This document shows, piece after piece, positions 28,401 to 37,051 of a stretch of 64,000 nt of DNA. A program made the translations under genes and the position numbers. Below the pieces are notes generated by a model. That model did no database searches. It saw only the letters and a program-made list of their open reading frames with translations, and was not told the DNA's origin. This DNA is from Acidobacteriota bacterium. GTDB taxonomy: Bacteria; Acidobacteriota; Thermoanaerobaculia; UBA5066; Gp7-AA6. Location of the stretch: the NCBI GenBank assembly GCA_003222385.1, contig QHVV01000113.1, positions 1,352-65,351 of the forward strand, in the 5' to 3' direction. The first letter of the stretch is position 1, and the number at the start of each line of letters is the position of its first letter.

Positions 28401-29693
28401 CGCGTTCTGGGTCCGGTTGTTGTAAGTCCAGACTTCGAGGTCGCGGAAATTCGTCGGCGGGCAGCTCTTCGCCTGCTCGACCGAGGCCGGCTCGCCCCAG
28501 CGCAGGACCATGCGGCCCGCGTCCTGCCTCCAGCCGTCGTATTTCTCGTCGGCCAGGCGCCGCAGCTCCTCGTACCGCTGCCGGTAACCGGGACCCAGCG
28601 GGAAGAGCAACCCCTCTTTCTCGCGGCGCGCCCAGAACGTTTCCTTGAACGTCTCGCGCTGGTGCGGCTCGGTCAGCTTCAGATAGAGCGTCTCCTCCTC
28701 CGGCTGGATGATCGGGGCGACGAACTCCGTCAGCCACTTGCGGTCATCGTCGGAAAGCGCCGCGAGACGTTCTTTCTTCGAAGGCTCTTTGGCGGGAGGA
28801 GCTGGCGGCGTTTGAGCCGCGGCCGCCGGAACGACGGCCGTCGAGGAGACCGCGACCGGTTTCGCGGCGGTGTCGGACGGGAGGCCGGCAAACCTCTTGC
28901 GAAGCTCGCCCAGGTCCTCGGTCGAGACGCGCGGCGGCTGGGAGAGCGAAGCCAGCTCGGCGGCCGTGCCGCTCTGTCGGCTGCGGATCTCCTCGGCGAT
29001 CCGAGCGACGCGGCATCCCGTCTCGCCGCAGCGCTTTGCCGTCGCGCCGGCCTGCGTGCACGCCGGATCCATCGAGGAAATGCCGCTCACCGGCGCGGAC
29101 GCCGGCATGCAAAGCTCCTGGAGCGTCGTCAGGCAGCTCGCCGGCTGGAGCAGCTCCTTGTCGCCGAACGCCGGGCTCCAGACCTTGCGGACTCCGCCGT
29201 ACGTGGGGCGGTAGAAGAGGAACTGTTTTGCGCCGCCGGACGCGGTCGCGTAGGTCCACTCCTCGACATGGCGCAACGCGTCGCTGCACTCCGGGAACTC
29301 CTCGATGCGGGAAGGTTCCCCGAGACGCAGGACCATTCTTCCGGCGTCGCTCGAGAGGCCGTCGTAAGCGGTCGAGGCGAGGTCCCGGAAGTGCTCGTAG
29401 CGCTGGCGGTAACCCGGACCCATGGGCGAAGCCAGGCCGTCCTTCTCCCGGCGTTTCCAGAACTCTTCCTTGAAGATCTCCCGCTGATGAGGATCCGTGA
29501 GCTCGAGGAAGAGCTTTTCCTCCTCCGGCAGGACGATCGGCGCGACGAACTCGGTCAGCCACTTGCGGTCTTCTTCGGGAAGCGCCGCGATGCGTTCTTT
29601 CTTCGAGGGCTCCTTCGTGGTCGTCTGGCTCGAGCCGGCTCCGGGGAGTAGGAGGAGGGCCGCGAAAAGGAGCGGGTAAACGGATCGCCTCAT
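25476..29693 (-). CDS. secreted protein with three GWxTD domains, Ig-like domains and a C-terminal VWA domain
   Basis: Signal peptide MRRSVYPLLFAALLLLPGAGSSQ; three units of the type FW.RR...Y..R......GW..D.GR..L..GEP; VWA MIDAS DTSASM, TALYD, LTDGKD, TGG. Confidence 0.9.
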   Translation of the reverse strand: MRRSVYPLLFAALLLLPGAGSSQTTTKEPSKKERIAALPEEDRKWLTEFVAPIVLPEEEKLFLELTDPHQREIFKEEFWKRREKDGLASPMGPGYRQRYEHFRDLASTAYDGLSSDAGRMVLRLGEPSRIEEFPECSDALRHVEEWTYATASGGAKQFLFYRPTYGGVRKVWSPAFGDKELLQPASCLTTLQELCMPASAPVSGISSMDPACTQAGATAKRCGETGCRVARIAEEIRSRQSGTAAELASLSQPPRVSTEDLGELRKRFAGLPSDTAAKPVAVSSTAVVPAAAAQTPPAPPAKEPSKKERLAALSDDDRKWLTEFVAPIIQPEEETLYLKLTEPHQRETFKETFWARREKEGLLFPLGPGYRQRYEELRRLADEKYDGWRQDAGRMVLRWGEPASVEQAKSCPPTNFRDLEVWTYNNRTQNAVVRSVERFFFYRPTMGSPRKLWTVGTRDSDVFEPGSCRKSFKDLYLDCTPAASLVDPCMAGCQQLCDVYKVWQENVARQGSESGGMIEASRLLAPPKVATEDMNEMTGKFASLPNPKAKTIGVEGPGSTAKPETATAAKAPVAASTPAPTHRKLSRKEVKELSAQLKPKYREFLELVDLIITDQEKEVFLQIADDYQKDRFIETFWRRRSIDTQGLRNDYQAVHTHRVEMAKEQFKNLNSDRAKTLIINGPPDAVIAIDCPEVYVPIQIWYYDRLEVLKSKVYLIFYQPYGVGDYKLWLPLDGEGVLQVGGGFGSSSGMRSPTNRRVDYDRCLETRTLRQAIAYSTAVLGSGASSLAGSGKLFQPPTIETEGVDQILTMTTELATGSVPLGIAKLVRFPEMRANKIGVDLSLLVAKSDLKARDLGEEKFYNVDVIGEVVKGERLIDNFKYRFDIPTQEIGGEKIPLTVRRYLYPGDYNLVLKISDGNQSAEGRITDKLTVPEQPDAPPPEVAAARTEGRATVEKARDLGLLPSAISLLPVAKEIATGLQRFETKAAEGVKAVEFYLNGSKVMTKTRPPFDADLNLGPLPRRHTVRVVAYGSAGRAIGEDEYIVNEGREIFRVRVMSPEKGSKVSGPTKVVAAVAVPEGKTLQKLEIYSNERRVATLYQPPFEQTVNIQQGKSLGYIRIVGTLEDGTVAEDLRYVNAPAYISEVSVDAVELYTTVTDKGRPVSGLQQSNFKVLEDGVIQKVESFEYVKNLPLTLGVMVDTSASMLESLPEAQQAALTFLDYSIGPKDRAFTVSFDNEPYLLTKLTNRKDRLFRSLAGLRAEGSTALYDAIIYGLYQFTGVKGKKALVILTDGKDTASKFDYDTLVEYVKKAGISIYGIGLKISGADLEVKYRLNKLAQATGGQTFYVDSPKNLESIYRQINDDLRSQYMLTYYSTNTGTKDKWRKVEVKVEPSSLQARTITGYYP

Positions 29694-29811
29694 GGATTGG
29701 TCCGCGTCGGATTCTAACCCTCTCATCCGCATTGCCATTCCTTAATCGAAGTTTTACGAGACCGTGTGCGCGATAATGAAATCGGATCGGAAACGCGGAC
29801 ACCTCCTCTCC

Positions 29812-30972
29812 ATGATCTATCTCGACAACAACGCATCCACGCCGTTGGATCCGGAGGTCCGCGAGGCCATGGCGGCCTCGCTCGATCTGTACGGAAATCC
29901 GTCTTCGGTCCATTCCGATGGACGCCGCGCCCGGCGGGCGATCGAGGAAGCCCGCGACGAGGTCGCCCTTCTCGTGGGCGCTCGGCCCGAGGAGATCTTC
30001 TTCACGTCCGGCGGGACCGAGGCGAACGCTCTGGCGATTCTGGGGTCGGTCGCGCGGGGCCCGGGCCGGGTCGTGACGTCCGCGGTCGAGCACCCTTCGG
30101 TCCGCGAAGCGGTCGCCCGGCTCTGCGAAGAGCGCGGGCTCGAGGCCGTCTCCGTGGCCCCGGACGAAACGGGCCTCGACCCCGGCCGGATCCTGGAAGC
30201 CGCAGTCCCCGGCACGAAGCTCGTCTCGGTGATGGCCGCCAACAACGAGTACGGCGGCGTTTTCCCGATCGCGGAGATCGCGAGAGGTCTCACCGCGCGG
30301 GGAGTCCTCTTCCACACGGACGCGGTGCAGGCGGCCGGGAAGATCGGGGTGGGCGTCCGCGAGTGGGGCGTCGATCTCCTGACCGTCTCGGCCCACAAGC
30401 TCCACGGCCCGAAGGGGGTCGGGGCGCTCTACGTCCGCCGGGGCCTTCCGCTCCAGGCGCACACGCCGGGCGGGGGACAGGAGAAGAAGCTCCGCGGCGG
30501 CACCGAGAACACCGTCGGGATCGTGGGGTTCGGCGTGGCTGCCCGGATCGCCCGGGGGCGGCCCGCGGACGAGGGCCAGGCCATCGAGCGGCTGCGCGAC
30601 CGTCTCGAGCGGGGGATCCTCGAACGGATTCCGCGGACGGACGTGGTCGGCGGCGCGGGACCTCGACTGCCGAACACGTCGACCGTCGTCTTCGAAGGAG
30701 TCTCGGGCGAGACGCTGCTCTTCCGGCTCGACCTCGACGGGGTCGCGGTGTCGGTCGGCAGCGCGTGCTCCAGCGGGACCCTGACGCCCTCCCCGGCGAT
30801 CCTCGCGCTCGGATTCTCCAACGAGCAGGCAAAAGGAGCGGTGCGTTTTTCGCTGTCGCGTTTCACGAGCGCGGAGGAGATCGATCGGGTCCTCGATCTG
30901 CTGCCGCGGGCGGTCGCGGACGTCCGCGGCGCGCGCGACAGGGTTCCCATCCCGATTTCGGTTCCGGGCTGA
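29812..30972 (+). CDS. iscS: cysteine desulfurase (IscS/NifS family)
   Basis: IYLDNNASTP, GNPSS.H, FTSGGTE, HTDAVQA, SAHKLHGPKG, GSACSS. Confidence 0.93.
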   Translation: MIYLDNNASTPLDPEVREAMAASLDLYGNPSSVHSDGRRARRAIEEARDEVALLVGARPEEIFFTSGGTEANALAILGSVARGPGRVVTSAVEHPSVREAVARLCEERGLEAVSVAPDETGLDPGRILEAAVPGTKLVSVMAANNEYGGVFPIAEIARGLTARGVLFHTDAVQAAGKIGVGVREWGVDLLTVSAHKLHGPKGVGALYVRRGLPLQAHTPGGGQEKKLRGGTENTVGIVGFGVAARIARGRPADEGQAIERLRDRLERGILERIPRTDVVGGAGPRLPNTSTVVFEGVSGETLLFRLDLDGVAVSVGSACSSGTLTPSPAILALGFSNEQAKGAVRFSLSRFTSAEEIDRVLDLLPRAVADVRGARDRVPIPISVPG

Positions 30973-30991
30973 GCCGGCCGGAGGAGACCCG

Positions 30992-31552
30992 TTGATCGTC
31001 GTCGAATGCGACCACTGCTTCGCCCGGCATCGCTACGACGAGGCGAAGTTCGAAGGCAACCCGTCGAAGAAGCTTCGGTGCGCGAAGTGTCAGGCGGTCT
31101 TCGAGGTTTACAACACGCACGCCTGGCAGACCCTGTCGCCGCTCGCGGACACCGCAATGCCCGACGTGGAAGGGCCCGACGCGGACGGGGATTTCGACCG
31201 CGCCGATCACGTTTTCGGACGGCGCCCGGGGACGGACTCGCGGCTGCCGGAAGGCGTGAAAGCGTCGCTCGTGGTCATTTCGGGGCCGCAGGCCGGAAAG
31301 ATCTTTCCGATTACGAAACGGCGCGTCGTGATCGGCGGCGAAGGCGCCGACGTCCTTCTGGAGGACGGACTGGTCTCGCGCGAGCACGCGGCGCTCGAGA
31401 TCGCGGAAGAAGGAACCTGGCTGCTCGACCTCCGCTCTTCGAGCGGCACGTTCGTCGGGGGCCGCCGGGTTCGGGAAGTCCTGATCGACGACCGCGGAGA
31501 GTTCACCGTCGGCGGCTCGACGCTCATGTTGGTCGTGACGGATGCGGGTTAG
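30992..31552 (+). CDS. MJ0042-type zinc-ribbon plus FHA domain protein
   Basis: CDHC...CAKC..VF N-terminus; FHA-like VIGG...VSREHA...DLRSSSGTFV. Confidence 0.8.
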   Translation: MIVVECDHCFARHRYDEAKFEGNPSKKLRCAKCQAVFEVYNTHAWQTLSPLADTAMPDVEGPDADGDFDRADHVFGRRPGTDSRLPEGVKASLVVISGPQAGKIFPITKRRVVIGGEGADVLLEDGLVSREHAALEIAEEGTWLLDLRSSSGTFVGGRRVREVLIDDRGEFTVGGSTLMLVVTDAG

Positions 31553-31580
31553 CTCGACGCGGCTCGCGTAGAATCGCGCG

Positions 31581-32705
31581 ATGCGCCTGGCGGTCGCGAT
31601 GTCCGGCGGGGTGGATTCCTCCGTCGCCGCTCTCCTGCTGAAGGAAGAGGGGCACGACGTCGTCGGCCTTTCGATGCAGCTCTGGGACCATGCCGCCGAC
31701 ACCGGCCGCACCGGCCGCTGCTGCACTCTCGACGATCTCTCCGACGCGCGCCGGGTCGCCTGGAGGCTCGAGATCCCGCACTACGTCGTCAACCTCGAGG
31801 AGGAGTTCCGCGAGGAGGTCGTGCGTCCTTTCGTCGCGTCGTACCTGGACGGCGAGACGCCGATCCCGTGCTCGGCGTGCAACGCGAAGGTGAAGTTCGC
31901 GACCCTGTGGGACCGGGCCCGCGCGATGGGCTGCGAAGGCGTCGCGACCGGCCACTACGCGCGGGTCGGCATCGACGGCGCGACCCGCCGGCCGGTTCTG
32001 AAGAAAGGTGCCGACGCCTCGAAAGACCAGTCCTACTTCCTGTACGACCTGACGCCGGAGCAGCTCCGGGCAGCGCGGTTCCCGGTCGGAGAGCTCACCA
32101 AGGAGGAGGTCCGCGCGCACGCCCGCCGCGCGCGTCTGCCGACCGCGGACAAGAAGGAGAGCCAGGAGATCTGCTTCGTGCCGGCCGGAACGCGCGCCGG
32201 CGAGTTCGTGGAAAACGCCGCGCCGGCATTCGGCCTGCCGCTGCCGACCGTGCCGGGCGTCGTGGAGAACGCGGCCGGCGAGCGTCTCGGAGCGCACGCC
32301 GGACACTTCCGCTTCACGGTCGGTCAGCGGCGCGGGCTCGGCCTGGCCGCCGCCGAACGGATGTACGTCATCGCGATCGATCCGGAGGCGAACCGCGTGG
32401 TCGTCGGCGGAGGAAAGGAGCTCGAAACCTCCGAAGCCGACGTCTCCTCGCTCCGGTTTCCTTCGGGCGAGATGCCGGCCGCTCCGTTCCGGGCGGAAAT
32501 CCGCGTGCGCCACCGCGCGCCCGAGGTGCCCGCGACGGTCCACCCGTCCGGAGACGGCGACGCGCGGGTCGTCTTCGATCGGCCCGTGCGGGCAGTTGCT
32601 CCCGGCCAGTCCTGCGTCTTCTATCGGGGCGATATCGTCCTGGGCGGCGGCGTCATCGCGAAACACCGGAACGGCGGATCCGACAGGGAGCGCCGCGGCG
32701 CATAG
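31581..32705 (+). CDS. mnmA: tRNA-specific 2-thiouridylase
   Basis: AMSGGVDSS, TPIPCSACN..VKF, ATGHYA, KDQSYFL, ESQEICF, TVGQRRG, APGQ. Confidence 0.96.
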   Translation: MRLAVAMSGGVDSSVAALLLKEEGHDVVGLSMQLWDHAADTGRTGRCCTLDDLSDARRVAWRLEIPHYVVNLEEEFREEVVRPFVASYLDGETPIPCSACNAKVKFATLWDRARAMGCEGVATGHYARVGIDGATRRPVLKKGADASKDQSYFLYDLTPEQLRAARFPVGELTKEEVRAHARRARLPTADKKESQEICFVPAGTRAGEFVENAAPAFGLPLPTVPGVVENAAGERLGAHAGHFRFTVGQRRGLGLAAAERMYVIAIDPEANRVVVGGGKELETSEADVSSLRFPSGEMPAAPFRAEIRVRHRAPEVPATVHPSGDGDARVVFDRPVRAVAPGQSCVFYRGDIVLGGGVIAKHRNGGSDRERRGA

Positions 32706-32715
32706 TTCGCGCGGC

Positions 32716-33624
32716 ATGAGAAGGCTTCTCGCCGGGCTTCTGCTCTCGGCCGCGGCCCTGGCCGCTTCCGCGCAGTTCGTCCCGACGCCGGACTACCGGC
32801 GCGACACGCTGTTGATCGGACCCAATCCCGTTCTCGCCGCGGGGGACGCCGCCTGGTCGCACCGGGATCAGGGCCGGGTCGGCACTCGGGCGAGCGCGCA
32901 GCGGATCTCCGAAGCGATCACCGGCTACGAAAGGGCGGCCGAGGCGCCGGGAGAAGCCGAGCCCCGGTGGAAGCTCGCGCGCGCCCTGTTCTTCAAGGCG
33001 AAGTTCACCGGGCTCGATCGCGACCGGCAGCTCGCGCTCTACGAGAAGGCGCGCCGGGTCGGCGACGAGGCGATCGCGATCGTTCGTCGCCGCGTGTCCG
33101 GCGAGAGGCTCTCTGCCGACGCTTCGCCCGCGAAGGTAGCCGAGGCGCTCTCCCGGGAGAAGGATGCCGCGCCCGCGTACTTCTGGACGGCGGTCGCGTG
33201 GGGCGAGTGGGCGCTCGTCGCAGGAAGGGTTGCGGCCGCGAGGACCGGGGCGGCGACGAAGGTCCGGGACGATGCGGCGACGGTGATCGCGCTCGATCCG
33301 GACTTCGAAGAAGGCGGGGGATACCGGATCCTGGGACGTCTGCACGATCGGGCGCCGCGGATCCCGTATCTGACGGGCTGGGTGTCCCGGTCGGAAGCGA
33401 TCCGGAATCTGCGCCTCGCGGTCCGGACCGCGCCGCGCAACTTCGTCAACCGACACTTTCTCGCCGAGGCCTTAGCCGAAGAGAGCGCGGCAGAAAAGGC
33501 CGAAGCGGTCCAGATCGAAAAGGAGATCGTCTCGGACGCGCCGTCTCCCGGCCGCCTGGTCGAGGACCTCTCGATCCAGGACGAAGCGAAGCGGAACCTA
33601 GCGGCGTGGAGAGCGCGCCCCTGA
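32716..33624 (+). CDS. secreted TPR-like helical repeat protein
   Basis: Signal peptide MRRLLAGLLLSAAALAASAQ; WKLARA, YFW, GYRILGRL..APRIP helical repeats. Confidence 0.7.
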   Translation: MRRLLAGLLLSAAALAASAQFVPTPDYRRDTLLIGPNPVLAAGDAAWSHRDQGRVGTRASAQRISEAITGYERAAEAPGEAEPRWKLARALFFKAKFTGLDRDRQLALYEKARRVGDEAIAIVRRRVSGERLSADASPAKVAEALSREKDAAPAYFWTAVAWGEWALVAGRVAAARTGAATKVRDDAATVIALDPDFEEGGGYRILGRLHDRAPRIPYLTGWVSRSEAIRNLRLAVRTAPRNFVNRHFLAEALAEESAAEKAEAVQIEKEIVSDAPSPGRLVEDLSIQDEAKRNLAAWRARP

Positions 33625-34233
33625 GCGGCACGGAGCGATTCGTCGAACCCGTGGCGCCTTCGGCAGCGCCCGGAGCAGATCGGCGACCCCGCGACCCGAG
33701 CGGGGATCGCTCCACGACGGGTTGATCTCCGCCAGCGGGGCGAGGGCGAAACGGCGCCCGGACAGCCGCGGGTGGGGAAGGATCGGATCGCCCGTTTCGC
33801 GCAGACGGCCGGCGAAATCGAGAATGTCGACGTCGATCTCGCGGGGGCCGTTCGCGAACGTGGACGTCCGTCCGACCCGGCGTTCGACCCGGCGCGTCTT
33901 CTCGAGGAGCCCGCGCGGCGTGCCGCTCCACGAGATCTCGACGACGACGTTCCAGAAGTCGGGCTGGTCGCGGAATCCGACCGGCTCCGTCTGATAGAAA
34001 GAGGAAACCTTCCGCAAAGGAGCGAACCCGGCGATCTCGCGCAGCGCGGCCTCCAGATGGGCGCGGCGGTCGCCGAGGTTGGATCCGAGGCCGAGGTACG
34101 CGACGCGGGCGCGTCGTCGTCCGCCGCCTTTAGAACTCTTCCTCTTCCTCCCGGTCGGCTTCGACGATCTCGTCCTCGTCGGCCTCCTCGTCTTCTCCGC
34201 GCTCTTCCTCTTCGACCGGCGCCGGCTCTTCAC
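33598..34233 (-). CDS. folK: 2-amino-4-hydroxy-6-hydroxymethyldihydropteridine diphosphokinase (start uncertain)
   Basis: AYLGLGSNLGDR, SSFYQTEP, QPDFWN, GPREIDVDIL, LPHPRL..RRF.LAPL.EI. The domain begins near 34105; the nearest canonical start is GTG 34233. Confidence 0.9.
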   Translation of the reverse strand: MKSRRRSKRKSAEKTRRPTRTRSSKPTGRKRKSSKGGGRRRARVAYLGLGSNLGDRRAHLEAALREIAGFAPLRKVSSFYQTEPVGFRDQPDFWNVVVEISWSGTPRGLLEKTRRVERRVGRTSTFANGPREIDVDILDFAGRLRETGDPILPHPRLSGRRFALAPLAEINPSWSDPRSGRGVADLLRALPKAPRVRRIAPCRSGARSPRR

Positions 34234-34438
34234 CGAACTCGTCCGGGTTGCCTTCGGGGGGCGGCTCCATGATGACCGCCACGCGCCGCGGAGGCCGCGG
34301 GGCGACGACTGGCGCATCCTCGGACTTCGCGTTCTTCTGATTCGCTCCGCACTTGGGGCAAATCGCTTCGGGACGACCGAGGTTGTAGAACTTCGTCCCG
34401 CAGTTGTAACACTCGAATTTTTTCCCGAGATCCGGCAT
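34130..34438 (-). CDS. FYDLN acid domain protein (TIGR02300-like)
   Basis: LGKKFECYNCGTKFYNL...ICPKCG followed by a very acidic tail; GGAGAG RBS. Confidence 0.88.
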   Translation of the reverse strand: MPDLGKKFECYNCGTKFYNLGRPEAICPKCGANQKNAKSEDAPVVAPRPPRRVAVIMEPPPEGNPDEFGEEPAPVEEEERGEDEEADEDEIVEADREEEEEF

Positions 34439-34460
34439 CGCTCTCCGCTGACGGCGGCCA

Positions 34461-34489
34461 AACCTAGCACGCGCCTTTCGAAAGGGCAA
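34461..34489 (-). promoter_or_regulatory. sigma70-type promoter for the FYDLN-folK unit
   Basis: Minus strand TTGCCC-17 nt-TAGGTT with an extended TG. Confidence 0.55.
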
Positions 34490-34581
34490 CCGGCGCAAAG
34501 TACGGCAAGACCAGACGTTGCGTCTCTGCTAACATCGCGCGCTCTTGCGGCGAACGATCCCTTCGGCAACCTTCTGCCGCG

Positions 34582-35688
34582 ATGTCTGACTCACTCTTCC
34601 GGATTCTCGCGCGCGATCCGGATTCCGCCGGACGGACGGGGATCGTCCCGACGGCGCACGGCGCGATCGAGACACCGTGCTTCCTTCCCGTGGGCACCCG
34701 GGGCGCCGTCAAAGGGATCGAGTTCGACCGGCTCGAAGAGTGGGACTGCCGCGCGATCCTCGCGAACACGTATCACCTGATGGCGCGCCCGGGTCGCGAG
34801 ATCATCCGGCGCGCCGGAGGTCTGCACGCGTTCCTCGGATGGAATCGCGCCATCCTGACCGACTCCGGCGGCTTTCAGGTCATGAGCCTTTCTTCGCGGC
34901 GCCGCCTGACCGAGGAAGGGGTCGAGTTCCGGACGCCGGAGGATGGAACGCGGCATTTCCTGACGCCCGAGCTCGCGGTCGAGCTCCAGTCCGAATTCGG
35001 AGTCGACATCGCGATGACGCTCGACGTCTGCCCTCCGTTTCCCGCGGAGCGCCGGCAGGTCGAGGAAGCTTGCCGGCTCTCGCTCCGCTGGGCGGAGCGG
35101 TCGCGCCAAACATGGAGCGGAACGGGACTGCTCTTCGGGATCGTGCAGGGAGGAACGCACGAAGACCTGCGCGCAAGCTCCGCCGGTCCCTTAGTCGACC
35201 TCGACTTCGACGGTTATGCGATCGGCGGGGTGGCGGTGGGGGAGCCGAAGGAGGCGATCCGGCAGATCACCCGGTTTTCGGCGGCGCTCCTCCCGGAAGA
35301 GAAACCGCGGTACCTGATGGGAGTGGGAACTCCGGCGGACCTCGTGGCGTCGGTTCGCGCCGGCGTCGACCTCTTCGACTGCGTTCTACCGACCCGGCAC
35401 GGAAGAATGGGCCACGCTTATACGCGCGCCGGCGAGGTCACGATCAAGCACGAGCGGTTCAAGGAAGACCTCGCGCCGCTCGATTCGGAGTGCGCCTGTC
35501 CCGTCTGCCGGCGGCACACGCGGGCATATCTCCGACATCTCTTCGTGCTCGGCGACTTTTCCGCTCCGATGCTGCTGTCGATCCACAACGTCTTCTTCTA
35601 CCTGGAGTGGATGAAGCGGATTCGAAACGCGATTTCCGAAGGCGAGCTCGCCACGCTCCGCGCGCCGCCGGAGGGAAAGATCGAGTAG
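34582..35688 (+). CDS. tgt: queuine tRNA-ribosyltransferase
   Basis: ETPCFLPVGT, LANTYHL, LTDSGGFQV, GIVQGG, YLMGVG, DCVLPTR, CACPVC zinc site. Confidence 0.96.
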   Translation: MSDSLFRILARDPDSAGRTGIVPTAHGAIETPCFLPVGTRGAVKGIEFDRLEEWDCRAILANTYHLMARPGREIIRRAGGLHAFLGWNRAILTDSGGFQVMSLSSRRRLTEEGVEFRTPEDGTRHFLTPELAVELQSEFGVDIAMTLDVCPPFPAERRQVEEACRLSLRWAERSRQTWSGTGLLFGIVQGGTHEDLRASSAGPLVDLDFDGYAIGGVAVGEPKEAIRQITRFSAALLPEEKPRYLMGVGTPADLVASVRAGVDLFDCVLPTRHGRMGHAYTRAGEVTIKHERFKEDLAPLDSECACPVCRRHTRAYLRHLFVLGDFSAPMLLSIHNVFFYLEWMKRIRNAISEGELATLRAPPEGKIE

Positions 35689-35692
35689 CCGG

Positions 35693-36973
35693 GTGGTAGC
35701 CTCCGACGCCGTGCGAGCGCTCCTTCCGATGCTGCTCCTGGCGGCGGTCGGCGCAACCGCGCCGGCGACGAAGGGCGAAGACCTCCACTCCCGCGCGATG
35801 CGCATCCACAAGAGCGCGATCGTCGTGGACACCCACGAAGACGTGCCGGAGCAGCTGGAGAAGGAGTGGGTGGACATCGGGGTCCGCCAGAAGACGGGGC
35901 ACGTCGACATTCCCCGCTGGAGAGAGGGCGGGGTGACGGCTCCGTTCCTCGCGGCTTACGTCTCCTCTTCTTACGCTGCGTCCGGCAAGTCGGCGAAGAA
36001 AGCGCTCGAGCTCATCGATCTGATCCGGCGTCTCGTGGAGTCGCACCCGCGGGACCTCGTGTTCGCGGACTCGGTCCGCGGAGTCCGCGTAGCCAAGAAG
36101 GAGGGCAAGATCGCGGTCCTGATCGGCATCGAGGGCGGTCACGCGATCGAAGACTCGCTCGCCGCTCTTTCCGCCTTTCACCGTCTCGGCGTCCGCTACA
36201 TGACCCTGACGCACACGAACACGAACAACTGGGCGGACTCCGCCGGCTCCTTCTTCTCGTTCAGCTACGACCCCGCGAAGACAGCGGTGCACAACGGCCT
36301 GACCGATTTCGGCCGCGAGGTCGTGCTCGAGATGAACCGACTCGGCATGCTGGTGGACCTCTCCCACGTCTCCGACAAGACCCTGGCGGACGTCCTGGCC
36401 GTATCGGCGGCGCCGGTATTCGCCTCCCACTCCTCCTGCCGGGCGATCGCGAACATGCCGCGCAACCTGACCGACGACGCGATCCGCGCGATCGGCGCGA
36501 AGGGAGGAGTCGTCATGGTCAACGTGAGCTCGACGTTCGTCGATCAGAAGGTCGTCGACGACTTCGTGGCGCGCAAGAGAGCGCTCGCGCCGAAGGCCGC
36601 GGAGATCGCGGAGCGCTACAAGGACGACCCGAAGAAGCGGGACCAGGAGACTACGGCGCTGCTCGAGAACTTGCGGAGGCCGCGGGCGAGCTGGACCGCG
36701 GTCGTCGACCACATCGAGCACGTGATGAAGATCGCAGGGGCCCGGGCGGTCGGCCTCGGAACGGACTACGACGGGATCGAGGATCCGCCGGACGGTCTCG
36801 AAGACGTATCGAAGCTACCGGCCTTGACCGAAGAGCTCCTTCGTCGCGGGCACTCCGAGGAAGAGGTGCGCGGCGTCCTCGGAGAGAACTTACTCGGGTT
36901 CTGGGAGCGCGCGGATGCGGCCCGGGCGAACGCGCCGCCGGGAAAGGAGCCGATGCCCTTCTCCAAGCCGTGA
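35693..36973 (+). CDS. M19-family membrane dipeptidase
   Basis: VDTHED, GIEGG, YMTLTH, EMNRLGMLVDLSHVS, ASHSS, GLGTDYDG; signal peptide. Confidence 0.92.
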   Translation: MVASDAVRALLPMLLLAAVGATAPATKGEDLHSRAMRIHKSAIVVDTHEDVPEQLEKEWVDIGVRQKTGHVDIPRWREGGVTAPFLAAYVSSSYAASGKSAKKALELIDLIRRLVESHPRDLVFADSVRGVRVAKKEGKIAVLIGIEGGHAIEDSLAALSAFHRLGVRYMTLTHTNTNNWADSAGSFFSFSYDPAKTAVHNGLTDFGREVVLEMNRLGMLVDLSHVSDKTLADVLAVSAAPVFASHSSCRAIANMPRNLTDDAIRAIGAKGGVVMVNVSSTFVDQKVVDDFVARKRALAPKAAEIAERYKDDPKKRDQETTALLENLRRPRASWTAVVDHIEHVMKIAGARAVGLGTDYDGIEDPPDGLEDVSKLPALTEELLRRGHSEEEVRGVLGENLLGFWERADAARANAPPGKEPMPFSKP

Positions 36974-37051
36974 GTGAGACGAGGCAGGTCGCGGAGGTCT
37001 TACGGCTGACGTCTTCGGTCCCATTCTCGACGCGGATATGATCCGGCCGCA

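Noticed and set aside
24835..28737. 1300-aa minus-strand ORF
   Set aside because: Only the last ~215 aa (Maf) look like real protein; the rest is an alternative frame of the GWxTD/VWA gene.
34455..34510. c-di-GMP-I riboswitch-like words (CCAAACC, GAAA, CGCAAAG)
   Set aside because: The stems do not pair as required; the region is better explained as the minus-strand promoter of the FYDLN gene.
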